The position numbers were made by a program, and so were the translations under genes. The notes beneath the pieces are model-generated. The model was not told where the DNA came from. It worked only from the letters and a program-made list of their open reading frames with translations, and made no database searches. Positions 30,215 through 38,471 of a DNA stretch of 64,000 bases are shown here, one piece after another. Source of the DNA: an uncultured SAR86 cluster bacterium (GTDB lineage: Bacteria; Pseudomonadota; Gammaproteobacteria; Magnimaribacterales; AG-339-G14); NCBI GenBank assembly GCA_902578495.1, contig CACHCY010000001.1, positions 187,975 to 251,974 of the forward strand, in the 5' to 3' direction. Within the stretch, counting starts at the first letter, position 1, and every line of letters starts with the position of its first letter.

Positions 30215-31006
30215 ATGACTTATGATGTAAAATCTCAAAAAATGATTAAAAGTTCTGACGAAATAGCCAAAATGAAGGTTGCAGGAAAGCTTGCAGCTCA
30301 AACTTTGGAAATGATTGAACAACACGTTCAACCAGGGATATCTACAGGAGAGTTGGATAGAATCTGTCACGATTACATTGTCAATCAAATTGACTGTATT
30401 CCTGCTCCCTTAAATTACAATGGTTTTCCAAAATCTATTTGCACTTCAATAAATCAAGTAGTTTGTCATGGAATACCTGATGACAATAGAGTCCTAAAAA
30501 ACGGAGATATTATCAATATTGATGTAACTGTTATTAAAGACGGTTACCACGGAGATACAAGTAAGATGTTTTTTGTTGGAAAAAAACAACCTCATGCAGA
30601 AAGGCTGGTAAGTATTACTCAAGAATGTCTCTATAAGGCCATAGCAATATGCAAGCCGGGAATAAACCTGGGTGACATAGGATATGTGATTCAAAAACAT
30701 GCAGAAGAAAATCACTATTCAGTTGTCAGAGATTACTGCGGGCATGGTATTGGCAAAGTTTTCCATGAAGATCCACAAATTCTTCACTACGGAAATCCTG
30801 GTACTGGAATGGAGTTAAAAGCAGGTATGTGTTTTACCATTGAACCTATGATTAATCTTGGGACTCATAAAACCAAATTATCTAAAAATGATGGCTGGAC
30901 AGTAGAAACTATTGATGGAAGATTGTCAGCCCAGTGGGAGCATACGTTGGCAATAACCGATGATGGCTGCGAAGTTCTTACTGCTAGATCAGAAGAAACT
31001 TTATGA
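30215..31006 (+). CDS. map: methionine aminopeptidase type I
   Basis: 263 aa. VCHGIP, DIINIDVT, GHGIG..FHE, EPM..., WEHT metal-ligand pattern. Confidence 0.95.
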   Translation: MTYDVKSQKMIKSSDEIAKMKVAGKLAAQTLEMIEQHVQPGISTGELDRICHDYIVNQIDCIPAPLNYNGFPKSICTSINQVVCHGIPDDNRVLKNGDIINIDVTVIKDGYHGDTSKMFFVGKKQPHAERLVSITQECLYKAIAICKPGINLGDIGYVIQKHAEENHYSVVRDYCGHGIGKVFHEDPQILHYGNPGTGMELKAGMCFTIEPMINLGTHKTKLSKNDGWTVETIDGRLSAQWEHTLAITDDGCEVLTARSEETL

Positions 31007-32166
31007 ATCATTTACTGTCTAAAATTGGATCTTATCCATTTGAAAAACTTAATCTTCTTCTTAAAGACATAAAGCCATCAAAAGATGTAATCAATCTTTC
31101 CATTGGTGAGCCTAAATTAAATGCTGACTCCAAAGTCCTGGACATTTTGAACAAAGAAACAAATTCTTTTTCAAACTATCCTCCCATGAATGCAGTTCCT
31201 GAATTATCAGATGCATATCGGCAATATTTGAAAAGTCATTTTGGTATAAAGAATGTTGCTGAGGATGAAGTTTGTCTTGTAGCTGGCACAAGAGAAGGAA
31301 CATTCTCAATTATTCAGGCTCTCTTTAATAAAGAGAATGTTAAAGATAAGCCCTATGTTGTAATGCCTAATCCTTTCTATCAAATTTACGGTGGAGCAAC
31401 GACTCTTGCCGGAGGAGAAGCAAAGTTTCTGGATTGTCCTGAAGAAGATAATTTTCAGCCTGATTTAGATTCTCTTAAAAGTGAGGATTGGCAAATGTGT
31501 CAAATTTTAGTTCTCTGCTCCCCAAACAATCCAACTGGGTCTGTCTTACCTCTTAGTAAACTTAAGGATATTTTAGATTTAGCTGTTAAGTATGATTTTT
31601 ATGTTGTTTCTGATGAGTGTTATGTAGATTTATATACATCGGAGGAATCCTGTCCAAGCATCCTGCAAGCTTCGTCAGATAGATCGGATAGATTGGTTGC
31701 TCTTCATAGCTTATCGAAAAGATCTAATTTACCTGGCTTTAGATCAGGTTTTGCTTGCTCCAGTAAAAGAACCATTTCTGCCTACAAGAAGTTTAGGTCT
31801 TTTCATGGGGTCAGCGTTCCATTGCCAATTCAAAAGGCGAGCGTTGAAGCTTGGCTGAATTATGATTTTGTCGCTGAAAATAGAAAGTCTTACAATGATA
31901 AATTTAGTCTGGCATCAGACATGCTTAAAGATAAGGTAAGCAATGTAATTCCTGAAGGTGCTTTCTATCTTTGGCTGGATGTAAGAGACGGTCAATCATT
32001 TTCAAAAAAAATTCTTGAAAAGGAGGGTTTAATTGTACTTCCTGGAAGTTATTTATCCACCGAGGTAAATGGTTTTAATCCTGGAGAAAAATACGTGAGA
32101 ATTGCTTTAGTGTATGATTTTGAAACCACAGAAGAGGCATTGAAAAGAATCAGTAATCTTTTATAA
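31003..32166 (+). CDS. dapC: class-I PLP aminotransferase, probably succinyldiaminopimelate transaminase
   Basis: 387 aa. NPTG block and the SLSKRSNLPGFRSGF PLP-lysine block. ATGA overlap with map and immediately upstream of dapD. The function is assigned mainly from context. Confidence 0.65.
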   Translation: MNHLLSKIGSYPFEKLNLLLKDIKPSKDVINLSIGEPKLNADSKVLDILNKETNSFSNYPPMNAVPELSDAYRQYLKSHFGIKNVAEDEVCLVAGTREGTFSIIQALFNKENVKDKPYVVMPNPFYQIYGGATTLAGGEAKFLDCPEEDNFQPDLDSLKSEDWQMCQILVLCSPNNPTGSVLPLSKLKDILDLAVKYDFYVVSDECYVDLYTSEESCPSILQASSDRSDRLVALHSLSKRSNLPGFRSGFACSSKRTISAYKKFRSFHGVSVPLPIQKASVEAWLNYDFVAENRKSYNDKFSLASDMLKDKVSNVIPEGAFYLWLDVRDGQSFSKKILEKEGLIVLPGSYLSTEVNGFNPGEKYVRIALVYDFETTEEALKRISNLL

Positions 32167-32169
32167 AAA

Positions 32170-33057
32170 ATGACGAATCAAAAATGGGTTGGTTTTGGCA
32201 AAGGAACCAAAAATAAAAAAGGTGAATACATTGAAATGTATTTTTCACCTGATGATATATCTACAAGTTCTGCAGAAATTAAAGAAGGATATGAAAAAGT
32301 AGAAGTTTCTGATGATATGCCGCCCTCTTCAGTCCCAGAAGCATACCTGAAGTTACATCTTCTTTCTCTTCGCTTGGTAAAGCCCAACGAAACTAATCTA
32401 GACGGTATTTTTGGCATATTACATACCGTAGCATGGACTTCAGCTGGTCCAATAGATTCAAATGAATTAAAAGAATTTCTTAATGAAAAAAGGAGTAAAG
32501 GCGAATATGTAAAAGTATATTCAGTTGATAAGTTTCCGTGCTTAACAGATTACGTTGCATTGAACGATGTAAGGATTGCAGATGCCAGCAGAGTCAGATT
32601 AGGAGCTTATCTTGGATCAGGAACAACAGTCATGCATGAAGGCTCGGTCAATTTCAATGGAGGAACCCTGGGTGAAGCAATGGTTGAAGGCAGAATTGCT
32701 CAAGGGGTAATAGTTGGGGATAAATCAGATATTGGCGGAGGTGCCTCTACTCTTGGAACTCTATCTGGAGGCAACGAAGTTATCATATCCATTGGAGAAA
32801 GTTGTTTGCTGGGTGCAAATTCTGGTTTGGGCATTCCTCTTGGGGATCGATGCACAATTGAATCAGGCCTATATGTTACTGGTTCATCAAAAGTTCAAGT
32901 AATAGAAAACGGAAAAGTAAAAGAAACTGTCAAAGCGATGGAATTGGCGCATAAGTCCGATCTCTTGTTCATTAGAAATTCAATCACCGGCTCTATTGAA
33001 TGCCGAGACAACCGAAACGTGAACGAATTAAACGAAGACCTTCACGATAATAATTAA
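32170..33057 (+). CDS. dapD: 2,3,4,5-tetrahydropyridine-2,6-dicarboxylate N-succinyltransferase (Pseudomonas-type long form, shortened N-domain)
   Basis: 295 aa. PEAYLKLHLLS.RLVKP, VDKFP..TDYV, RIADASRVRLGAYLG.GTTVMHEG.VNFN.GT, and hexapeptide repeats closely match Pseudomonas DapD. Confidence 0.9.
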   Translation: MTNQKWVGFGKGTKNKKGEYIEMYFSPDDISTSSAEIKEGYEKVEVSDDMPPSSVPEAYLKLHLLSLRLVKPNETNLDGIFGILHTVAWTSAGPIDSNELKEFLNEKRSKGEYVKVYSVDKFPCLTDYVALNDVRIADASRVRLGAYLGSGTTVMHEGSVNFNGGTLGEAMVEGRIAQGVIVGDKSDIGGGASTLGTLSGGNEVIISIGESCLLGANSGLGIPLGDRCTIESGLYVTGSSKVQVIENGKVKETVKAMELAHKSDLLFIRNSITGSIECRDNRNVNELNEDLHDNN

Positions 33058-33218
33058 TGGTCATTAATCTTCTTCTAACTTGGCTGGCTCTTTATGTAAT
33101 TGCGTATGCAACAACTTTTATTTTCAAGGGAATTGATCCCAAGAGAAGGTGGTGGCTGTCTTTGCAATTAAGCTTTTTAGGTTTTCTAGTATCGGTAATT
33201 TGGTATAACTTTTTTTAA
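33057..33218 (+). CDS. small hypothetical two-TM membrane protein (53 aa), absent from the supplied ORF track
   Basis: The ATG overlaps the dapD stop (TAATG). Translation is MVINLLLTWLALYVIAYATTFIFKGIDPKRRWWLSLQLSFLGFLVSVIWYNFF: two hydrophobic helices separated by a K/R-rich loop. It fills the only otherwise unexplained 165-nt gap in this region. Confidence 0.45.
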   Translation: MVINLLLTWLALYVIAYATTFIFKGIDPKRRWWLSLQLSFLGFLVSVIWYNFF

Positions 33219-33222
33219 AGTT

Positions 33223-34086
33223 TTACTCAGAATAAGTAATAGTAACAACGTTTGAACCCGTGCCTTCACCGTATTCATTGGTGCCAAAGACTCTGTACCA
33301 GTATGTATTTCCAGATAAAATAGAATTATCTGAATAAGAGTCAGTATTCATGCTCGCTATGGCTTCATAAGTACCATCCACAGATTGTTTTCTTTTTAAT
33401 ACATAAGCAGTTTGTCTATCATCACCCTTTTGCCAGGTAAGAGAGGCAAAGGAACCTGATATCGAAATTTTCAGATTCAGGGGAGCAGCGGGAGGAATAT
33501 TATTTCTTTTGCAGTTAGTAACTGAGTCATTTATGTTGCCCATCCTGAAGCATTGGTTTGCGACCATTTCAATTGAATAATTTCCTGTGTTATAACATTC
33601 ATTTGTTTCGCCGCCAGAAGGCTCGCTCACAAATATTTTTCCATTGCTTACAATCGCATTACAACTTTGAGCGCCAGTTTCTTGGAAACTTTGTCCTAAA
33701 TTGTGAGGATAAGATAAGTTAACCTTTTTGCCTTCCTCTATCGATGTGATATTGATAGTCTGACTAACAATGTATAAACCTAAAGAATTTTTCCAATATC
33801 CATTAAAAACCCCGCCACCATCTCCACAAGCTCCCGGTCTGCAAGTTGATGTGCAACTCCAATCTCCAACTAAATCTTGTTCAGAATTGATACCTCCTGT
33901 TTGTAAATTATTTATACGAGTTAAAATTTCATTTAAAACATCTGCCGAGATGACATCCCCAGCATTTATATTTATTGGCTCGGGATTACAAACTACCTCA
34001 TCATAAGGACCATAACCTCCAGGCGTAGTGGACTGAGGAAAGACTAAGTTAGTAAAAGATAAAAAAAGTATTAAAAAAAATTTCAT
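33223..34086 (-). CDS. secreted Cys-rich protein with C-terminal fibronectin type III domain, function unknown
   Basis: 287 aa. Signal peptide MKFFLILFLSFTNLVFPQ. 8 Cys in the ~190-aa N-domain. The C-terminal ~85 aa show the Fn3 pattern PAAPLNL..LTWQ..YVLKR..Y.YRVFGTNEYGEG. Confidence 0.7.
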   Translation of the reverse strand: MKFFLILFLSFTNLVFPQSTTPGGYGPYDEVVCNPEPININAGDVISADVLNEILTRINNLQTGGINSEQDLVGDWSCTSTCRPGACGDGGGVFNGYWKNSLGLYIVSQTINITSIEEGKKVNLSYPHNLGQSFQETGAQSCNAIVSNGKIFVSEPSGGETNECYNTGNYSIEMVANQCFRMGNINDSVTNCKRNNIPPAAPLNLKISISGSFASLTWQKGDDRQTAYVLKRKQSVDGTYEAIASMNTDSYSDNSILSGNTYWYRVFGTNEYGEGTGSNVVTITYSE

Positions 34087-34089
34087 CGA

Positions 34090-34308
34090 TTAGTTAAATA
34101 TTGCTTCATCAAATTTAGCATTTTCAAATGTGGGAATTTCTTCAATAACCTTCTCTGTATCCGCTTGGGTATTTTGAGAGCTTGAATCAGTGCTGGCTTG
34201 TGTATTAATTTCTACTTGTACCTCATTTGAATTTGACGATCCGCCTCCACATGAAATTAGCACTGAAGATAAAGAAGCGAAAAATAGGTAGTTTACAAAA
34301 AGTTTCAC
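34090..34308 (-). CDS. small lipoprotein (72 aa), low-complexity Ser/Thr/Gln-rich
   Basis: Signal peptide plus lipobox (SSVLISCGGG). The GTG start overlaps the transporter stop (GTGA). Confidence 0.65.
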   Translation of the reverse strand: MKLFVNYLFFASLSSVLISCGGGSSNSNEVQVEINTQASTDSSSQNTQADTEKVIEEIPTFENAKFDEAIFN

Positions 34309-35798
34309 TCTTCAACCTTGCCTTTAATGAAGAAAGATAAAACAATTAAAACCACCGCTAAAACAAGGTAGTAATAAACTAGCTCTGAAAATATAGGCGT
34401 CATGCTATCTAAGCCAGTTGACGTTGCCTCGCCACCAAACAATCCTGCCAAAACACCTCCTAGGGAAGAAGCAAGAAACCACAATCCCATCATTTGGCCT
34501 AAGTATCTCTTTGGAGAGTATTTGGAAAAAGCTGATAACCCTACCGGAGATAAAGCTAACTCTCCAAAGGTATGGAGTAAATAAGTTAACAGTAACCACT
34601 GAACGCCTACTGGGGATGAAACTAAAGCGTACTCGACTGCTAAGAGCATGATAATGAAACCCAGCGCCATGAAGATTAAACCTATAGCGAATTTAACAGG
34701 TGTATTTGGATTCAGATTCCTTTTACCTAAGAAGACCCAAATATAAGCAAAAAACGGAGCGAACATTACTACGAACAGTGGATTAGCGAATTGAGTCCAA
34801 CTAACAGGTGCAGTAAATGATCCAAAGGTTAGATCAACATAGTCTCTTGTAAAAATAGTCAAGGATCCAGCCGATTGATCGAATCCAGACCAAAAAGCTG
34901 CAGCACCTATGAACAATAATAGAAGCATCAAGACGTTTCTTTTCTCTGCTGAGTTAAGTCCGGCAAAAAAGAAAAGGTAAGCAAAATAAACCATTGAAAG
35001 GATGACAAGGAAATCTCTAAATCTTTCGGCGAAAAATACTGCATCAACCGACCACCACCCTAGAAGGCCTGAGAGGACTATTAAGGAAACTAACACAATG
35101 ATTCCTAAGGAAATATTTCTGAGTTTAATTTTATATTCGTCAGAATTAGGATTAGGATTCAAACCGGCTTCTCCAAGTTGGCCTCTAAAATAAATAAATT
35201 GGATTACTCCAAGAAGCATTCCAAATCCGGCCGCACCAAATCCCCAATGCCATCCTACTTTTTCCCCTAACCATCCGCAGACAGCAAAACCAAGCATGCT
35301 TCCGATGTTGATAGACATGTAGAAAATCGTAAAACCGGAATCTCTTCTATCGTCGTTAGTAGAATAAAGTTGGCCAACAATCGATGATATGTTGGGTTTA
35401 AGTAAACCTGTTCCAGCAGCAACTAAAATTAGCCCTAGAATAAATGTTTGTTCTAATGGAATCGCTAAAGTGAAGTGACCAAGCATTATGATCAAAGCTC
35501 CAAATAAAACCGCTCTTTGATAGCCCAATAGGTTATCTGCTAACCAACCGCCTGGAAGAGCTAGGAAATAGACCATTCCTGCATAGATGCCGTAAATCGC
35601 GTTAGCCTCTGCATTGGACCAATCTAAACCAGGGTTGCCAGTCACCCCTACGGTCATGTAGAGAACCAATAAACCACGCATCCCGTAATAGGACATCCTT
35701 TCCCAAAGTTCGGTAAAAAAAAGTGTTCTTAAGCCTTTTGGATGACCAAAAAATCCTTGGTCGATCGAATCTGTATTTTCTGTATCTGGATTCATCAT
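34305..35798 (-). CDS. proton-dependent oligopeptide transporter (POT/PTR2 family, DtpT-like)
   Basis: 497 aa. GHPKGL..LFFTELWERMSYYGMRGLLVLYM signature and about 14 hydrophobic segments. Confidence 0.9.
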   Translation of the reverse strand: MMNPDTENTDSIDQGFFGHPKGLRTLFFTELWERMSYYGMRGLLVLYMTVGVTGNPGLDWSNAEANAIYGIYAGMVYFLALPGGWLADNLLGYQRAVLFGALIIMLGHFTLAIPLEQTFILGLILVAAGTGLLKPNISSIVGQLYSTNDDRRDSGFTIFYMSINIGSMLGFAVCGWLGEKVGWHWGFGAAGFGMLLGVIQFIYFRGQLGEAGLNPNPNSDEYKIKLRNISLGIIVLVSLIVLSGLLGWWSVDAVFFAERFRDFLVILSMVYFAYLFFFAGLNSAEKRNVLMLLLLFIGAAAFWSGFDQSAGSLTIFTRDYVDLTFGSFTAPVSWTQFANPLFVVMFAPFFAYIWVFLGKRNLNPNTPVKFAIGLIFMALGFIIMLLAVEYALVSSPVGVQWLLLTYLLHTFGELALSPVGLSAFSKYSPKRYLGQMMGLWFLASSLGGVLAGLFGGEATSTGLDSMTPIFSELVYYYLVLAVVLIVLSFFIKGKVEE

Positions 35799-35831
35799 AA
35801 ATTTAGGAATTTAAGATATCATAATTCTAGT

Positions 35832-36230
35832 ATGTTCTTTAGAAGATTATTGGCGTTATTTTATGACCTGCTTTTAATAGCAGGCATATTGCTCAGTTTC
35901 ACCTTATTGATCGTTATCATTAACGGTGGCGCCATTTCATCTTTCCTAGGAAGCAATTTGATGCTTCTCTCGTATTTTTTAATTTCTTTTATTTTTTATG
36001 TTTATTTTTGGCATTTCAACGATGGACAAACCCTTGGAATGCAAGCTTGGAAAATAAAATTAGTTGCAGATGACAATCAAGCAATCTCTATAAAATCTAT
36101 GCTTCAAAGGTTGGTGTTGGGCTTATTATTTGGATCAATAGCAGGTTTAAATTTTTTTGTGATTCTGTTTAGATCAGATAAAAAAAGTCTCAATGATATC
36201 TTCTCAAAGACCAGAATAGTTCGCTCTTAA
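35832..36230 (+). CDS. RDD-family membrane protein
   Basis: MFFRRLLALFYDLLLIAG start and GQTLGMQAWKIKLV motif. The start at 35832 is preferred, because the track start at 35742 would overlap the divergent transporter gene. Confidence 0.75.
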   Translation: MFFRRLLALFYDLLLIAGILLSFTLLIVIINGGAISSFLGSNLMLLSYFLISFIFYVYFWHFNDGQTLGMQAWKIKLVADDNQAISIKSMLQRLVLGLLFGSIAGLNFFVILFRSDKKSLNDIFSKTRIVRS

Positions 36231-37246
36231 AGTCTTTTACTGAATAGAAAAATAAGACTTACAAGCCCAAGAAGAAAAATAAAAGTAGTTATAAGTGGGC
36301 TGAAGCCAAAAACGATGGAGACGTTCCCCGCTATTTTTTCTGTAAAGTTGAAAAATATTGTTAAAACCACCCCTGTGAGTACCTTATAAGTGATGGAATA
36401 ATCTCTTAAGAATGCTTGGCAAAAGATGAGGGCTAACAATATAAAAATTGAAACAGATATTGGCTGTATAATTTTTTTTAAAAACTGCCACAGAAATAAG
36501 TTCTTCTCTCTGGTGCTATCTGAAAATTTAAAATTCTGAAAAAGTAAAGATGGGGGTTGTCTGTTTAACTTAATGTATTTTGAAAGCTCAATTTTAGAAG
36601 GAGCTTTCCATATTTTTTGTATTTGATTATCGGAAGCTCTATCTTTAAATGATGCTTCTTTTTGATCGAGCGAAAGATCAAACTCATCTTTTTTAAAAAC
36701 TGAATCAATATCGCCTTCAGAGTTAAATTCATAAATTCTCAAATTATCAATTTTATCGCTAGATATATCACCTAGATAAATGAGTTCATTCTTTCTCGTT
36801 AACCACTGAGCTTTTTGAGCTTGCTGAGGATTTGTTTTATAAACTTCAGACATCAAATTTGAACTTGGAATAACAAATTCCCCTATCGTGAGCATTATTG
36901 ATAAGAGGATAAATATTGGAAGAAGCATTGAAGAGAAGATTTGTTTGAATGATTTTCCCAAAACCCTTATGGCAATCAGTTCTCCAGACTCTTGAAGTCT
37001 TCCGTATGAAACTATTGCGCCAATCAAACAGGCCAAAGGGACCACATCATAAATTCTTTTAGGCAGACTAAAAGCTAATGAAATTATAAAAGATTCAAAA
37101 TTCTGATAATCGGATATATTTTGTAACTCGCCCACCATCATTAGAATGAAATCAAGAGAAAAAAGGATCAGAAAAACCAAACCTATGCTTTTGAGGATTG
37201 AAAGCTGTATCAGCACACCAGTTATATCAAATAGACTCTTAAACAT
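36227..37246 (-). CDS. lptG: LPS export ABC transporter permease LptG
   Basis: 339 aa YjgP/YjgQ-family permease. Second gene of the pair divergent from pepA, as in E. coli. Confidence 0.85.
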   Translation of the reverse strand: MFKSLFDITGVLIQLSILKSIGLVFLILFSLDFILMMVGELQNISDYQNFESFIISLAFSLPKRIYDVVPLACLIGAIVSYGRLQESGELIAIRVLGKSFKQIFSSMLLPIFILLSIMLTIGEFVIPSSNLMSEVYKTNPQQAQKAQWLTRKNELIYLGDISSDKIDNLRIYEFNSEGDIDSVFKKDEFDLSLDQKEASFKDRASDNQIQKIWKAPSKIELSKYIKLNRQPPSLLFQNFKFSDSTREKNLFLWQFLKKIIQPISVSIFILLALIFCQAFLRDYSITYKVLTGVVLTIFFNFTEKIAGNVSIVFGFSPLITTFIFLLGLVSLIFLFSKRL

Positions 37247-38413
37247 TTAAATTAAAAAGTAAAAAAACATATAAATTACAAAAGCCAGAAGAACTAGATT
37301 AAATATTAATTGAAAGTTATTTATTGAAGTTACTCCACTACTGTAAATATTTATGGGTGACTCTTTATTAAGAAAATAACTTAGGAAAATGCCCGCTAAA
37401 AAAAATACGAAGTGAAAAGCAGCAAAAGAAATAGATGGATTGTACTCAGAAGATAGCGTCCAGTTTTGCATACCTAAATAAATACCAAAATAAAGCAAAA
37501 AGAATAACGATCCAGTAATTAACGATACTGTGAAGCCAATTCTATGATTTGAAATTCCAAAATTTAGAGCAACGAAGGCACTCACAATAATTAATACAAA
37601 AATTGATAGCCTTTTAAAAAGTTCTGATTGTTCTCGATTATTCTCAAAATTTGAGATGAGGCTAGTCATTGAAAGATGACTAAGATCGGTCGAAGAGGTT
37701 TTAATTTTTCTGGGAAAAGTAAATTCTAGGTGCGAGAAGTTCATCAAAAAATCTCCTTCCATCTCTAGGCCAACAATTTTCCCATTCTTAAAAGTTAATC
37801 TGTTGGTAGATTTGTCAGTGGGTATAGAAGAAACTTGATCTGCCGTTAAAATGATCTCCATATCTTCATATTCAATTGATGCAAATATTTCACTGAATCC
37901 AAAATCAAAGTCATTAGATTCTTTGGCAAAAAAGGTAGTATTCACATCCTCAAAATAGGTAGGCTTCCCTGCCCCCATCATTTTGAATCTATCAGAGAAA
38001 GTTTGATTGCTTGTAAGCTTGTACAAAGAGTCAAGAGAATAAGGAGAAACTATCAGAGATATAAAAAGTGCAAAAAAAGACATTAACAGTATTGGTATTG
38101 CAAGGATTTTAAGAAAGTTACCGCTCTTTAACCCCATCTGTCTCATGAAATTTACTTCATTGCTTGTGTTCATTCTTGCAATGCAAATTAAAGTTGAGAG
38201 GAAGATGCTCAAAGGGAGAATAATCTCAATGACACTTGGAATGTTAAAAAATATATAACCCAAGGCAATTTGTGGATACATATCTCCTCTGGCTGCAATC
38301 TCAAGGAAATCAATGCTTCTTAGAAAGAAAAAGGCTAAAAATAGTACTGAGAATATAACTAAAAAAGTCTGTAAGAAGCTTCTGATAATATACTTAGATA
38401 TAATGCTGAACAT
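37247..38413 (-). CDS. lptF: LPS export ABC transporter permease LptF
   Basis: 388 aa YjgP/YjgQ-family permease (MFSIISKYIIRSFL start). Divergent from pepA. Confidence 0.85.
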   Translation of the reverse strand: MFSIISKYIIRSFLQTFLVIFSVLFLAFFFLRSIDFLEIAARGDMYPQIALGYIFFNIPSVIEIILPLSIFLSTLICIARMNTSNEVNFMRQMGLKSGNFLKILAIPILLMSFFALFISLIVSPYSLDSLYKLTSNQTFSDRFKMMGAGKPTYFEDVNTTFFAKESNDFDFGFSEIFASIEYEDMEIILTADQVSSIPTDKSTNRLTFKNGKIVGLEMEGDFLMNFSHLEFTFPRKIKTSSTDLSHLSMTSLISNFENNREQSELFKRLSIFVLIIVSAFVALNFGISNHRIGFTVSLITGSLFFLLYFGIYLGMQNWTLSSEYNPSISFAAFHFVFFLAGIFLSYFLNKESPINIYSSGVTSINNFQLIFNLVLLAFVIYMFFYFLI

Positions 38414-38429
38414 TTTAATTTGTCTATGG

Positions 38430-38438
38430 TGATATTAT
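38430..38438 (+). promoter_or_regulatory. candidate extended -10 promoter for pepA (TGATATTAT)
   Basis: TG-n-TATTAT at 38430..38438, about 34 nt upstream of the pepA ATG. An AAGGAG SD follows. Sequence match only. Confidence 0.3.
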
Positions 38439-38471
38439 CCCACAGAAATTTGGCTTACTAAGGAGTAATAA

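Noticed and set aside
30188-30388. 66-aa minus-strand ORF overlapping the map start.
   Set aside because: It is antisense to the conserved map N-terminus and has no motif. It would also place a gene across the carA/map promoter region.
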